Shown here: positions 9,068 through 18,190 of the stretch, piece by piece
Position numbering within the stretch: the stretch's first letter is position 1
Layout of the letters: each line of letters starts with the position of its first letter
Origin: Ignavibacteriales bacterium
GTDB lineage: Bacteria; Bacteroidota; Ignavibacteria; Ignavibacteriales; Ignavibacteriaceae
Length of the DNA stretch: 24,000 nt
Assembly (NCBI GenBank): GCA_044507695.1
Contig: JBIQJD010000010.1
Span: 79,455-103,454 of the forward strand
Direction of reading: 5' to 3'
Made by a program: the position numbers and the translations under genes
Notes under the pieces: generated by a model
Seen by the model: only the letters and a program-made list of their open reading frames with translations
Database searches by the model: none
What the model was told of the DNA's origin: nothing

Positions 9068-10852
9068 CTATTCATTTCTTTTTATGTAAGATGTTCTTTT
9101 CAAGGGTTCATCTTCATCTAAAAAAATTTTGTAAAGAACGGGATCGGTTAAAACTTCATCTGTTTTTTTCACTTCACCATCAAGTAAAAATTCATTGTTA
9201 ATCAATCGTACTCCGTGGCTGTAATCAACATAGGTATCAATATGAATATTTGTTGCCGGCTGAATCGGATTTCCATCAAGCCTATGCCAGCCGTAAATTG
9301 TAACATGATGAGTGCGTGATGTATCTTCAAGTTTGCTGCTTATAATTATATCTTTTTTTATTCCCGCAGTGAGGTTTCCCTTCATCCCATTTTTTGAAAT
9401 CATTTGTGAATCAATATCGTTATTGTGAATTACAAACTGCTGAACAAGTTCATTCCTGTTGCCGACAGGTGCATAAAACTGTGGTTCAAGTTTATTCCCG
9501 GAATGAAGATATATATCATCAACTATTTTTTTTGTGGGGAGTACAGCACCGAAAAGATCAGCTATTTTTTGTGCAGTAAACGGACCCATAGGAACGCGGA
9601 AGAAATCAGAATCACTTCCAACTCCAAGATAATCCGGCATAACAAAATATTTTACTTTATGTTTTTTATTTTCTGCATCAGTAAATTCAGTTTCAATGGA
9701 TATTAATTGCCGGAGGAATTCCGGAATGTTACCTGAAGAAATTTCTTTAAATATTTCTGTTTCTCTTTCTTCAAAAGAAAGATTCATTATTCGCTTCATA
9801 AATTCAGAACCGCCAGCGGCATCTGCCGCTCTTGGCGGAATTGTAAGATGTGCCGGAAGATTTTTTTCAAGCTGAATCCATTTTGAATAAACACTTCTGC
9901 TGCCGTAATATTTGTAATCCTTTTCATCGTTAGAAGTGCCGGAAAGAATACCATGTATAAAGCCATTTCGTTCAACCTGAACTGTGTGGTAGATTTCTTT
10001 CAATGGATTCTTCTTTAAAATGAATTGAATTCTTCCATCCAAAGCTGTGTGCCTGACAAAGTTTTCATCCTCAGAACTATTGAAAGAAAATTCTTTTGAA
10101 AAATAACCCTGCATAATTCTGCTTCTGTACCAGGTACCGCCGGTGGGGGAGACAAATGTTTTGCCGTTATAAAGTGCAACGCTGTCATTATATGCAATTA
10201 CATTTAAGTAATGATCTGCAGAAGCTTTGAGCCATGAAATAATTTTATCACCGTATTCATGTTCATAACCATAATTGCTGTCAAGAAAAGAAATTCTTTT
10301 TACGTAGGAAGGTATTTCATTAAAAACATCAAGAAAACTAAAGATAAATCTGCCGCCGCCGCTGTGTCCTGTTAATGTAACTTCAACTTTATATTTGTTG
10401 AACAAGCCGAGAAGGTATTCAACAAGATTGCTAATAATAATTTTATAATCCGGATGCGCACTCTTCCATGCAGGCCAGCTCTTCTGTGAAGCTTCAAGAT
10501 AAATTATTACGAAATTATAATCGCTTACATTTTCGCGCAGAAATCTTGTCTGTGCACCGATATGCTGAATATCGAAATGCCAGTCATCATCCGGTTCAGT
10601 AATTTTACCAATTGTTTGTTCAATTGTATTCCCGTTTGGCAGAGAAAAAAATATTAATTGTACCGGCTTGTCTGGTTTAAATTTTTCAGGAGCGGGCGCA
10701 TTGATGTGAATCTTTATTTCCGGTTCAAAATAAAAAGTAACTACCTGTTCATTATAATAAGGACTTATATAAAAACCCGGAAGTTTTAACTGCGGATAGT
10801 GATTAACAGTAAAAACTAAAAGGAAAAAAATTCCTGCCGATGTATTGACCAT
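9068..10852 (-). CDS. uncharacterised 594-aa protein: N-terminal alpha/beta-hydrolase-like region (GHSGG) plus an unassigned C-terminal domain
   Basis: Long uninterrupted ORF. It has a nucleophile-elbow-like LTGHSGGGRFIFSFL, preceded by a LIFFSLPNGN strand, and candidate acid/His residues (ISFLDSNYGYEH, IYHTVQ). The C-terminal ~230 aa has blocks I cannot assign: MPDYLGVGSDSDFFRVPMGPFTAQKIADLFGAVLPTKKIVDDIY and VTIYGWHRLDGNPIQPATNIHIDTYVDYSHGVRLI. The N-terminus MVNTSAGIFFLLVFTV is hydrophobic but lacks a charged n-region. Confidence 0.8.
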   Translation of the reverse strand: MVNTSAGIFFLLVFTVNHYPQLKLPGFYISPYYNEQVVTFYFEPEIKIHINAPAPEKFKPDKPVQLIFFSLPNGNTIEQTIGKITEPDDDWHFDIQHIGAQTRFLRENVSDYNFVIIYLEASQKSWPAWKSAHPDYKIIISNLVEYLLGLFNKYKVEVTLTGHSGGGRFIFSFLDVFNEIPSYVKRISFLDSNYGYEHEYGDKIISWLKASADHYLNVIAYNDSVALYNGKTFVSPTGGTWYRSRIMQGYFSKEFSFNSSEDENFVRHTALDGRIQFILKKNPLKEIYHTVQVERNGFIHGILSGTSNDEKDYKYYGSRSVYSKWIQLEKNLPAHLTIPPRAADAAGGSEFMKRIMNLSFEERETEIFKEISSGNIPEFLRQLISIETEFTDAENKKHKVKYFVMPDYLGVGSDSDFFRVPMGPFTAQKIADLFGAVLPTKKIVDDIYLHSGNKLEPQFYAPVGNRNELVQQFVIHNNDIDSQMISKNGMKGNLTAGIKKDIIISSKLEDTSRTHHVTIYGWHRLDGNPIQPATNIHIDTYVDYSHGVRLINNEFLLDGEVKKTDEVLTDPVLYKIFLDEDEPLKRTSYIKRNE

Positions 10853-10977
10853 TCCAATAGGCGTTTAATGAATAATGGAAAATATCAGAACGGCAGTTAA
10901 AATGAAAATATAAATTTGGCAAAATAAAGTTTAATCTATTTAAATTAGTACCTTCAAAATAAAAGCTTCTGCTGATA

Positions 10978-11016
10978 GAAAAAGGTAAGAGGATTTTTAA
11001 AAAAATTTCTCTTACC
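10978..11016 (-). terminator. Rho-independent terminator of the T9SS-cargo gene
   Basis: ggtaagagga...tttctcttacc forms a ~14-bp stem (8 perfect outer pairs) spanning 10984-11016, 10 nt after the stop codon. On the minus strand it is followed by TTTTTC. Confidence 0.7.
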
Positions 11017-11026
11017 CGATAGAAAT

Positions 11027-11869
11027 TTATTTGAGCAATGTCATTTTAAATGATTTTACAAAATTTCCGGCACGCAGCTGAACGAGGTAAGTTCCGCTTG
11101 CTAAATTTTCTCCTGAGAACAATTTCTTATAATTACCAGGAGATTGATTTTCATTAACCAGTACAGAAATTTCATTCCCTAGCATATCAAAAACTTTAAG
11201 CTGAACAAATGATTCATTAGGAATGGAATATTCAATTATGGTAGCAGGATTGAAAGGGTTTGGATAATTTTGATTCAATTTAAAATTAGTAATAGTGATA
11301 TTTTTATCATCCACATCAACAACACCACCGTAAAAAAGATCATCAATCAATGCAATTGAACCTGCAGCATCTGAGCTGCTTGTATCACCAATTACAATTG
11401 ATATTTGTGCGGAATCAGGCTGCCCTTCGGCAAAATAACTGATCGGCACAGCGAACTGAGTATAAACAGTTGCTGCTTCAAAAATTTCAACAGAACCGCC
11501 GCCAATAAATTGAGAATTACTATAAAGGATAATCGCAATTATTAATTGCTGCGCATTGTTTATCGGAGAAAATTTATAAAAACCCTGGAGACTGCCGTGT
11601 CTTTGTGATACCGGGAATGAAGTTGAATTTAGAAGCGGAGGGAAAGCTCCGCCGCTCGTTTGCAATACTTCAAGCCTTGCAGCTTTTGATCCGGAATGGC
11701 TGTCATCTGATGGCGTTATTGGTTCTGCAAATCCGGGAATGTTTAAAGGCGCCCATCCTTCAGGAATATTTCCGTTCCATGTTTCAAATCCGGCATTAGG
11801 AATTTCCTGAGCAAATAAATATGATAACGAAAACATGCACAGCAAAAAGGCAGGTAAAATTTTTTTCAT
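11027..11869 (-). CDS. secreted protein with a type IX secretion C-terminal sorting domain; the N-terminal part resembles a jelly-roll/carbohydrate-binding-like domain
   Basis: Signal peptide MKKILPAFLLCMFSLSYLFA|QE. The C-terminal ~80 aa (LNQNYPNPFNPATIIEYSIP...GTYLVQLRAGNFVKSFKMTLLK) matches the Por_Secre_tail (T9SS type A) pattern. The N-terminal NAGFETWNG...GW motif is common in CBM-like or PCMD-like domains. Confidence 0.85.
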   Translation of the reverse strand: MKKILPAFLLCMFSLSYLFAQEIPNAGFETWNGNIPEGWAPLNIPGFAEPITPSDDSHSGSKAARLEVLQTSGGAFPPLLNSTSFPVSQRHGSLQGFYKFSPINNAQQLIIAIILYSNSQFIGGGSVEIFEAATVYTQFAVPISYFAEGQPDSAQISIVIGDTSSSDAAGSIALIDDLFYGGVVDVDDKNITITNFKLNQNYPNPFNPATIIEYSIPNESFVQLKVFDMLGNEISVLVNENQSPGNYKKLFSGENLASGTYLVQLRAGNFVKSFKMTLLK

Positions 11870-11963
11870 AGAAACCTCGTGGTAATTTCAAATGAATATA
11901 TATTCTTTTGAAAAGCCCAGGTTTGCTCTTAGTCATCAATTTGAGATTAATTTTAGAAAAGAA

Positions 11964-11993
11964 ATAAAAAACCTCATGAGCATTCATGAGGTT
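11964..11993 (-). terminator. Rho-independent terminator of the pdh operon (after lpdA)
   Basis: aacctcatga-gcat-tcatgaggtt forms a perfect 10-bp stem with a 4-nt loop, 26 nt after the lpdA stop. On the minus strand it is followed by TTTTTTAT. Confidence 0.85.
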
Positions 11994-12018
11994 GTGATGA
12001 ATGATATTCGGTAAAGCT

Positions 12019-13431
12019 TTATCGTTTTGGTCTGTAAACGTGAGTACTCTGTCCAAAGAATACTTCTGCAGATTCCATTACAGTTTCTGATAAAGTAGGA
12101 TGCGGATGAATAGTTAATTTAAGATCGGTTGCATTCGCACCCATTTCAATAGCAAGCACACCTTCTGCAATTAATTCACCTGCACCGGGGCCGCAAATGC
12201 CAACACCTAAAATTCTTTCAGTTCCCGGTTCGATAATTAATTTTGTAACACCGTCAAACCGATCGAGTGTTGTAGCTCTTCCGCTTGCTGCCCATGGAAA
12301 TTTTGCAGCTTCATACTTTATGCCTTTTTCTTTTGCCTGATTTTCAGTTAATCCTGCCCATGCAATTTCAGGATCAGTAAAAACAACAGCCGGAATTGCA
12401 AGCGGTTCAAATGCAGCTTTGTGTCCGGCAATTACTTCAACTGCCACTCTTCCTTCATGTGATGCTTTGTGTGCAAGCATTGGTTCTCCGGCAATATCAC
12501 CGATTGCAAAAATGTTTTTATCATCTGTTTGCATTTGTTTGTTAACCACAATCCAGCCGCGTTCATTTACTTTTACACTTGTATTTTCTAAACCTAATCC
12601 TTTAGTTTCTGGTCTTCTGCCGATAGACATCAAAACATAATCATACTTATCTTCTGTTGTGTTTCCATCCTTATCCTGAATCTTAACCTTAATCCCATTT
12701 TTCTCTTCCTTCATCTCAACAACTTTAGAATTGAGCATTATTTTTTCATAACTTTTTTCAATTCTTTTCTGAAGATGTGAAACAAGATCACGATCGGCAC
12801 CTGGCAAAATACCCGGGAGCATTTCAACTACTGAAACTTTTGTCCCGAGTGCTGCATAAACCGATGCAAGTTCAAGTCCAATATAGCCGCCGCCAATTAC
12901 AAGAAGTCTTTTGGGTATTTCAGGAAGATCAAGCGCTGTTGTTGAATTAAGCAGTCTTTTTGAATCAATAGTTAGTGATGGGATATATGTAATAACAGAA
13001 CCTGTTGCAATAATTGCTTTTTCAAATTTATGTTCGTCGGTTCCGCCATCATGCTTTTGGATTTTTAAAGTAGTTGAATTAATAAATGACGCCGTACCGC
13101 GGATATAGTTAATTTTTCTTTGCTTTGAAAGTTGTCCTAATCCGCCTGTAAGTTTTGCAACTACATTGTTTTTCCAATCGCGTAATTTATTTATATCAAT
13201 TTTCGGATCACCAAATTTAATTCCCCAATGTTCTGCTTCTTTTGCTTCATTGATTAATTTAGCTGCATGAAGAAGAGCTTTTGAAGGGATGCATCCACGG
13301 TAAAGACAAACACCGCCGGGATTCAATTCCTTATCAATTAAAGTTACATTCATACCAAGATCAGCAGCGAGAAATGCAGCAGCATAACCGCCCGGCCCGC
13401 CGCCGATTATAGTTACCTGTTTTTTATCCAT
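12019..13431 (-). CDS. lpdA: dihydrolipoyl dehydrogenase (E3)
   Basis: FAD fold TIIGGGPGGYAAAF, redox-active disulfide GGVCLYRGCIPSK, NAD fold LLVIGGGYIGLELA, and C-terminal interface/active-site His in TIHPHPTLSE. Confidence 0.95.
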   Translation of the reverse strand: MDKKQVTIIGGGPGGYAAAFLAADLGMNVTLIDKELNPGGVCLYRGCIPSKALLHAAKLINEAKEAEHWGIKFGDPKIDINKLRDWKNNVVAKLTGGLGQLSKQRKINYIRGTASFINSTTLKIQKHDGGTDEHKFEKAIIATGSVITYIPSLTIDSKRLLNSTTALDLPEIPKRLLVIGGGYIGLELASVYAALGTKVSVVEMLPGILPGADRDLVSHLQKRIEKSYEKIMLNSKVVEMKEEKNGIKVKIQDKDGNTTEDKYDYVLMSIGRRPETKGLGLENTSVKVNERGWIVVNKQMQTDDKNIFAIGDIAGEPMLAHKASHEGRVAVEVIAGHKAAFEPLAIPAVVFTDPEIAWAGLTENQAKEKGIKYEAAKFPWAASGRATTLDRFDGVTKLIIEPGTERILGVGICGPGAGELIAEGVLAIEMGANATDLKLTIHPHPTLSETVMESAEVFFGQSTHVYRPKR

Positions 13432-13499
13432 TATAATTCCTTTTAGATAAAGCAGTAACTTCTGAGTTAATCATCAAAAATTACTGCTTACTTAATTCA

Positions 13500-15194
13500 T
13501 TATCCTTCAACTAAAATTTTTATTGGCTGTTCAAGAGCTTCGCAAACCCATCTTAAAAATCTTGCAGCATCTGCACCATCAATAATTCTGTGATCATAAG
13601 ATAAAGAAAGCGGAAGCATCAGACGCGGCTCAAATTCTCCGGTTTCTTTATTGTACACTGGTTCATAGCTTCCTCTTGATACACCAAGAATAGCAACTTC
13701 GGGAATGTTAACAATTGGAGTGAATGAAGTGCCGCCGATTCCGCCAAGATTTGTAATTGTAAAGCAGCCGCCCTGCAAGTCTTCAAGCCCGATTTTTCTA
13801 TTGCGAGCTTTATCTGCAATTTCATTCATCTCAACTGATAGCTGTGTAAGATTTTTCTTATCTGTATCTTTTATAACCGGAACGATCAATCCATGTTCTG
13901 TATCAACAGCAATTCCAATATTAAAATATTTTTTATAGATAATTTCTTTCTTATCCATATCAATACTGCTGTTGAATTGGGGATAAACCTTCATAGCAGC
14001 AGTAACTACTTTTAATAAAATTGCTGTAACAGTAAGCTTTCCTCCAGCTTTTTCAATTTTAGGATTGAAAGCTTTTCTTGTTTTTTCAAGTTCTGTAATA
14101 TCGGCTTTATCATGCTGAGTAACGTGAGGAATGGAAACCCATGCATAGCTTAAATGGTCTGCTGTTTTAGAGCGGACGTTGCTCATTGGTTTTCTTTCCA
14201 CTTCACCAAACTTGCTGAAATCAGGCAAGGTTTCTTTTTTGATTCCCAGTCCGCCGCCAGTACCGCCGGCATTTTGCTCATGCAATTTTTTGGAAAAAGC
14301 TTTTACATCATCCATTGAAATTCTGCCGCCCGGGCCGGTGCCTTTAACCTGGTTTATATCAACACCAATTTCACGTGCAAGTCTTCTAACAGATGGAGCG
14401 GCAGGTGCAGCGCTTTTAGTTATCGGCGGCTGGTTATCTATCTCACCAGGCTGAAATGATTCAACTTCACCTTTAGCTTCTTTTGTTTCTTCTTTAACAG
14501 AAGGTTTACTCTCTTTCTTCTCAGGTTTTGTTTCTGTTTTTTCTTCGGCTATTGGTTTTTCAGGTTCAGCCGCACCTTCGGGAGATTCTATCTTGAATAA
14601 TGTTTGTCCCACTTTTGCTTTCTCACCTGATTTAATGAGAATTTCCTTTACAACACCGTTAACTGTTGACGGAACTTCGATTGTAGCTTTATCAGTTTCA
14701 ATCTCAAGCAGTGCCTGATCTGTTTCAATATTATCACCTTCTTTTACAAGAACATTTAATACATCTGCTGATTCAATATTTTCTCCAAGATCAGGAAGTT
14801 TGAATTCAATTATTCCTTTTTGTCCTTCAGGCTTTTTAATTGCAGGAGGAGCTTTCTCTTCAGTTTTTTCAGCTTCAGCTTTCTTTTCAGTTTTTGGAGC
14901 TGATTTTTCTTCTTTTACTTCTTCAGCTTTCGGTTTTTGTTCTGATGTTTGCTCGCCGGAATCTTCTAAAGTTATTATTGTTTGTCCAACCTTAATTTTA
15001 TCGCCGGATTTAATTAGTACTTCTTTTATTTTTCCCGCAATGGTTGAAGGAACCTCAATAGTTGCTTTGTCTGTTTCTATTTCGATTACTGACTGATCTA
15101 CTTCAATAGTACCTCCGGGCTTAACAAGAACATTCAGCACATCAGCCGATTCAATATTTTCACCAAGATCCGGTAATTTTAATTCTTTAGCCAT
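13500..15194 (-). CDS. aceF: dihydrolipoamide acetyltransferase (E2) of the pyruvate dehydrogenase complex, with two lipoyl domains
   Basis: Two lipoyl domains, each with EIETDKATIEVPS (lipoyl-Lys). Ala/Pro/Lys/Glu-rich linkers. Peripheral subunit-binding domain APSVRRLAREIGVDINQVKGTGPGGRISMDDV. Catalytic domain with SLSYDHRIIDGADAARF. Confidence 0.95.
   Translation of the reverse strand: MAKELKLPDLGENIESADVLNVLVKPGGTIEVDQSVIEIETDKATIEVPSTIAGKIKEVLIKSGDKIKVGQTIITLEDSGEQTSEQKPKAEEVKEEKSAPKTEKKAEAEKTEEKAPPAIKKPEGQKGIIEFKLPDLGENIESADVLNVLVKEGDNIETDQALLEIETDKATIEVPSTVNGVVKEILIKSGEKAKVGQTLFKIESPEGAAEPEKPIAEEKTETKPEKKESKPSVKEETKEAKGEVESFQPGEIDNQPPITKSAAPAAPSVRRLAREIGVDINQVKGTGPGGRISMDDVKAFSKKLHEQNAGGTGGGLGIKKETLPDFSKFGEVERKPMSNVRSKTADHLSYAWVSIPHVTQHDKADITELEKTRKAFNPKIEKAGGKLTVTAILLKVVTAAMKVYPQFNSSIDMDKKEIIYKKYFNIGIAVDTEHGLIVPVIKDTDKKNLTQLSVEMNEIADKARNRKIGLEDLQGGCFTITNLGGIGGTSFTPIVNIPEVAILGVSRGSYEPVYNKETGEFEPRLMLPLSLSYDHRIIDGADAARFLRWVCEALEQPIKILVEG
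14586..15185 (-). repeat. intragenic tandem duplication encoding the two lipoyl domains of AceF
   Basis: Copy A is 14964..15185 (aa 4-77) and copy B is 14586..14807 (aa 130-203). The protein copies are largely identical, for example 18/18 residues in PDLGENIESADVLNVLVK. In the stretch I aligned by hand, the DNA copies differ mainly at synonymous positions. Confidence 0.85.
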
Positions 15195-15259
15195 TTTAAT
15201 TCCTGTTGTCTTCTAAGTTGATTTGATAAATAACTTTCTTATTTACAGAATCTTTTGGA

Positions 15260-17929
15260 TTAAGTATGCATAGGATTTCTTTTTTCAGGATTGATTTTTA
15301 AATCCTTTATTGCTTTTTCAATCTGCTGATTTTTTATTTTACCTTCACGCAGAAGAGCAAATAATGTTGCAAGAACAATATGTTTTGCATCCACTTCAAA
15401 AAAGTCTCTTAACTCCGCGCGTCCTTCACTTCTTCCAAAGCCATCTGTTCCTAAAGAATAAAGCGGACGCGGGAACCATTTGCCGATTGAATCAGGCAGT
15501 GCTTTAACATAATCTGAAGCAGCTACAAATACACCTTCTTCATCTCCTAATACTTTTTGAATATAAGATTGTTTTGGCTTTGCAGTAGGATGCAGCATGT
15601 TCCATCTGTCAGTATCAAGACCATCTTTTCTTAATTCTTTATAACTTGTAACGCTCCAAACATCGGCCGCCACTTTATAATCATTTTCAAGAATTTCCTG
15701 TGCTTTCAAAACTTCGTTAAGTATTGTTCCGCTGCCGAGCAGTTGTGCTTTTAATTTTAAGTTTGGTTTTGAAGCAGGTTTTAATTTATACATTCCTTTT
15801 ACAATACCTTCTTTTGCTCCTTCAGGCATTGCTGGCATAGGATAATTTTCATTCATAACTGTTAAATAGTAGAATACACTTTCCTGTTCTTCATACATTC
15901 TTCTAATACCATCACGAATAATAACAGCCAATTCAAATGCATAAGCAGGATCATAAGCAATAAGATTCGGAACAGGATAAACAAGCAGATGACTGTGCCC
16001 ATCCTGATGCTGCAATCCTTCACCATTCAATGTAGTTCTTCCTGCAGTTCCGCCAACAAGAAATCCTTTTGCTCTCATATCTGCTGCTGCCCAAACGAGA
16101 TCACCCATTCTCTGATATCCGAACATTGAATAGTAAGTGAGGAAAGGGATCATATTTAATCCGTGAGATGAATATGCAGTTCCGGCAGCAATGAACGAAG
16201 CCATTGAACCTGCTTCTGTAATTCCTTCTTCCAGAATCTGTCCGTTCTTTGCTTCTTTATAATAAAGAAGAAGATCTCTATCTACCGGTTCATAAAGCTG
16301 CCCAACATGAGAGTAAATACCTATCTGTCTGAACAATGCTTCCATACCAAAAGTTCTTGCTTCATCAGGAACGATAGGAACAATATATTTTCCTATTTCT
16401 TTATCCTTTAAAAGCTTTGCAAGAATTCTAACATAAGCCATTGTAGATGAAACATCTCTTCCATCTGTTCCTTTGTAGAATTCTTCAAATATTTCTTCCG
16501 GCGGAGTTTTAATGGGACGAATATCTGATTTACGTGATGGGACAAATCCGCCAAGATTTTTTCTTTTTTCTTTAAGATACATTATTTCCGGGCTGTCATC
16601 TGCCGGCCTGTAAAAAGGAGCCTGGGCAACTTCTTCATCAGAAATCGGGATGCCGAATCTTGTACGGAATTCTTTTAATTCATCTTCATTTAATTTTTTC
16701 TGCTGGTGAGTAATATTCTTGCCTTCACCACTTTCACCTAAGCCGTAACCTTTTATAGTTTTTGCAAGAATAACTGTTGGCTGTCCTTTGTGTTCAATTG
16801 CAGCTTTGTATGCAGCAAAAACTTTCTCAGGATCATGTCCGCCCCGTTTCATTTTTCTTAACTGAGCATCTGTAAGATCACTTACAAGATTAAGCAGATC
16901 TTCATTTGCACCAAAGAAATGTTCACGGAAATATTTTCCTGTTTCAACAGAATATTTTTGATATTGTCCGTCAACAACTTCACCCATTCTTTTAACAAGT
17001 TTACCGTCAGTATCTTTTTCAAGTAGCGGATCCCATTCACTACCCCAAATAACTTTTATAACATTCCAGCCGGCACCTCTAAATATGGCTTCAAGCTCCT
17101 GAATAATTTTTCCATTTCCTCTTACAGGTCCATCCAATCTTTGCAGGTTACAATTAATTACAAAAATCAGATTATCTAATTTTTCTCTTGCTGCAAGAGT
17201 TATTGCGCCAAGTGTTTCAGGTTCATCTGTTTCACCATCACCAAGAAATGCCCAAACTTTGTTTGTTTTTTTCAATCCTCTGTCTTCAAGGTAACGGTTG
17301 AACCTGGCTTGATAAATTGCCATTATAGGTCCGAGTCCCATTGATACAGTTGGGAACTCCCAGAATTCAGGCATAAGCCATGGGTGAGGATAGGATGAAA
17401 GACCTCCGCCGGGTTTTAATTCACGTCTGAAATTTTCTAATTGTTCTGCTGATAATCTTCCTTCAAGAAAAGCGCGCGCATAAATACCGGGAGATGCATG
17501 TCCCTGGAAATAAATCTGGTCTCCGTCATAATCTTCTCCTTTTCCGCGGAAGAAATGATTAAATCCAATTTCAAATAAAGTAGCCGCAGAAGCGTAAGTT
17601 GAAATATGTCCGCCAATTCCATTTTCCAGTTTATTGGCTTTAACAACCATTGCCATTGCATTCCAGCGGATAAGACTTTTTATTCTTCTTTCAATTTCTC
17701 TGTCTCCCGGGAATGGAGGTTGTTTTTCTCTTGGAATTGTATTTATGTAAGGTGTGTTAGCTGTGAAAGGAATTGAAACTCCTGCTTTGTGAGCTCTTAT
17801 CTGAAGCTGCTGCAAAAGTTCTTTAACTCTTTCAGGACCGCCATGTTCAAGAACATAATCTAATGAATAAAGCCACTCACGGGTTTCTATGTCATTATAA
17901 TCAGGTTCATTATTTTTTCCGTTGCTCAT
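15260..17929 (-). CDS. aceE: pyruvate dehydrogenase E1 component, homodimeric AceE type
   Basis: 889 aa. N-terminus DIETREWLYSLDYVLEHGG and ThDP-binding motif FLGDGETDEPETLGA...NLIFVINCNLQRLDGPVRGNG. Colinear with E. coli-type AceE. A GAAGGAAG Shine-Dalgarno lies upstream. Confidence 0.95.
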   Translation of the reverse strand: MSNGKNNEPDYNDIETREWLYSLDYVLEHGGPERVKELLQQLQIRAHKAGVSIPFTANTPYINTIPREKQPPFPGDREIERRIKSLIRWNAMAMVVKANKLENGIGGHISTYASAATLFEIGFNHFFRGKGEDYDGDQIYFQGHASPGIYARAFLEGRLSAEQLENFRRELKPGGGLSSYPHPWLMPEFWEFPTVSMGLGPIMAIYQARFNRYLEDRGLKKTNKVWAFLGDGETDEPETLGAITLAAREKLDNLIFVINCNLQRLDGPVRGNGKIIQELEAIFRGAGWNVIKVIWGSEWDPLLEKDTDGKLVKRMGEVVDGQYQKYSVETGKYFREHFFGANEDLLNLVSDLTDAQLRKMKRGGHDPEKVFAAYKAAIEHKGQPTVILAKTIKGYGLGESGEGKNITHQQKKLNEDELKEFRTRFGIPISDEEVAQAPFYRPADDSPEIMYLKEKRKNLGGFVPSRKSDIRPIKTPPEEIFEEFYKGTDGRDVSSTMAYVRILAKLLKDKEIGKYIVPIVPDEARTFGMEALFRQIGIYSHVGQLYEPVDRDLLLYYKEAKNGQILEEGITEAGSMASFIAAGTAYSSHGLNMIPFLTYYSMFGYQRMGDLVWAAADMRAKGFLVGGTAGRTTLNGEGLQHQDGHSHLLVYPVPNLIAYDPAYAFELAVIIRDGIRRMYEEQESVFYYLTVMNENYPMPAMPEGAKEGIVKGMYKLKPASKPNLKLKAQLLGSGTILNEVLKAQEILENDYKVAADVWSVTSYKELRKDGLDTDRWNMLHPTAKPKQSYIQKVLGDEEGVFVAASDYVKALPDSIGKWFPRPLYSLGTDGFGRSEGRAELRDFFEVDAKHIVLATLFALLREGKIKNQQIEKAIKDLKINPEKRNPMHT

Positions 17930-18050
17930 TATACTTCCTTCTCAAGTTGTTTCTTATTGATAAAATATAACCCAGTTTGAATGAAGCTGAAGTAAAAAAT
18001 GAGAATTTACTTGCAGGTATTCCTCTCGCTTTTTAGGCGCAAACTGGAGT

Positions 18051-18100
18051 GATTTTCTGTGAAAATTGCAAAGGCAACTTAAAGGATTTTGCGAAAATTT
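18051..18100 (-). promoter_or_regulatory. pair of related palindromic motifs upstream of aceE (candidate operator sites)
   Basis: Site 1 at 18052-18066 is ATTTTC-tgt-GAAAAT. Site 2 at 18086-18098 is ATTTT-gcg-AAAAT. Both are embedded in GATTTT..G.GAAAATT. Their centres are about 33 bp apart, and they lie 120-170 nt upstream of the aceE ATG. Confidence 0.25.
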
Positions 18101-18190
18101 ACAACATTTTGGATGCTGAAGTGACTGATGGGACAGTGGTAAACGCGAAGGCCTGATTAAAAATTCAAACTCTTAAATAAATCTGCTCCA

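Noticed and set aside
9394-10197. ORFs antisense to, or out of frame within, the 594-aa gene (9394..9579 and 9425..9706 on plus; 10015..10197 on minus).
   Set aside because: One starts with TTG. All lie inside a long uninterrupted ORF with better coding character. No motifs.
11796-12056. 86-aa minus-strand ORF spanning the lpdA 3' end, the operon terminator and the promoter region of the T9SS-cargo gene.
   Set aside because: It reads straight through a perfect 10-bp terminator hairpin and overlaps two real genes. The sequence is compositionally non-protein-like.
14460-14960. Low-complexity, quasi-repetitive aaag/gaag-rich stretches that look like short tandem repeats.
   Set aside because: They encode the Ala/Pro/Lys/Glu-rich flexible linkers between the AceF lipoyl, PSBD and catalytic domains. 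This is an expected feature of E2 proteins, not a repeat array.
12419-17661. Cluster of 65-98-aa antisense or alternate-frame ORFs across lpdA, aceF and aceE: 12419, 12911, 13619, 13705, 14179, 14800, 15310 and 17437.
   Set aside because: These are shadow ORFs of highly conserved PDH genes. Several are Ser/Pro/Phe-rich translations of the complement of the Lys/Glu/Ala-rich E2 linkers. There is no independent coding evidence.
17930-18190. The 261-nt non-coding region upstream of aceE, examined for a small RNA, tRNA or peptide gene.
   Set aside because: No tRNA-like T-arm (GGTTCGAA-type). No ORF longer than 17 codons on either strand. No convincing hairpin plus T-run. Only the paired palindromes are reported, and those as a low-confidence regulatory candidate.
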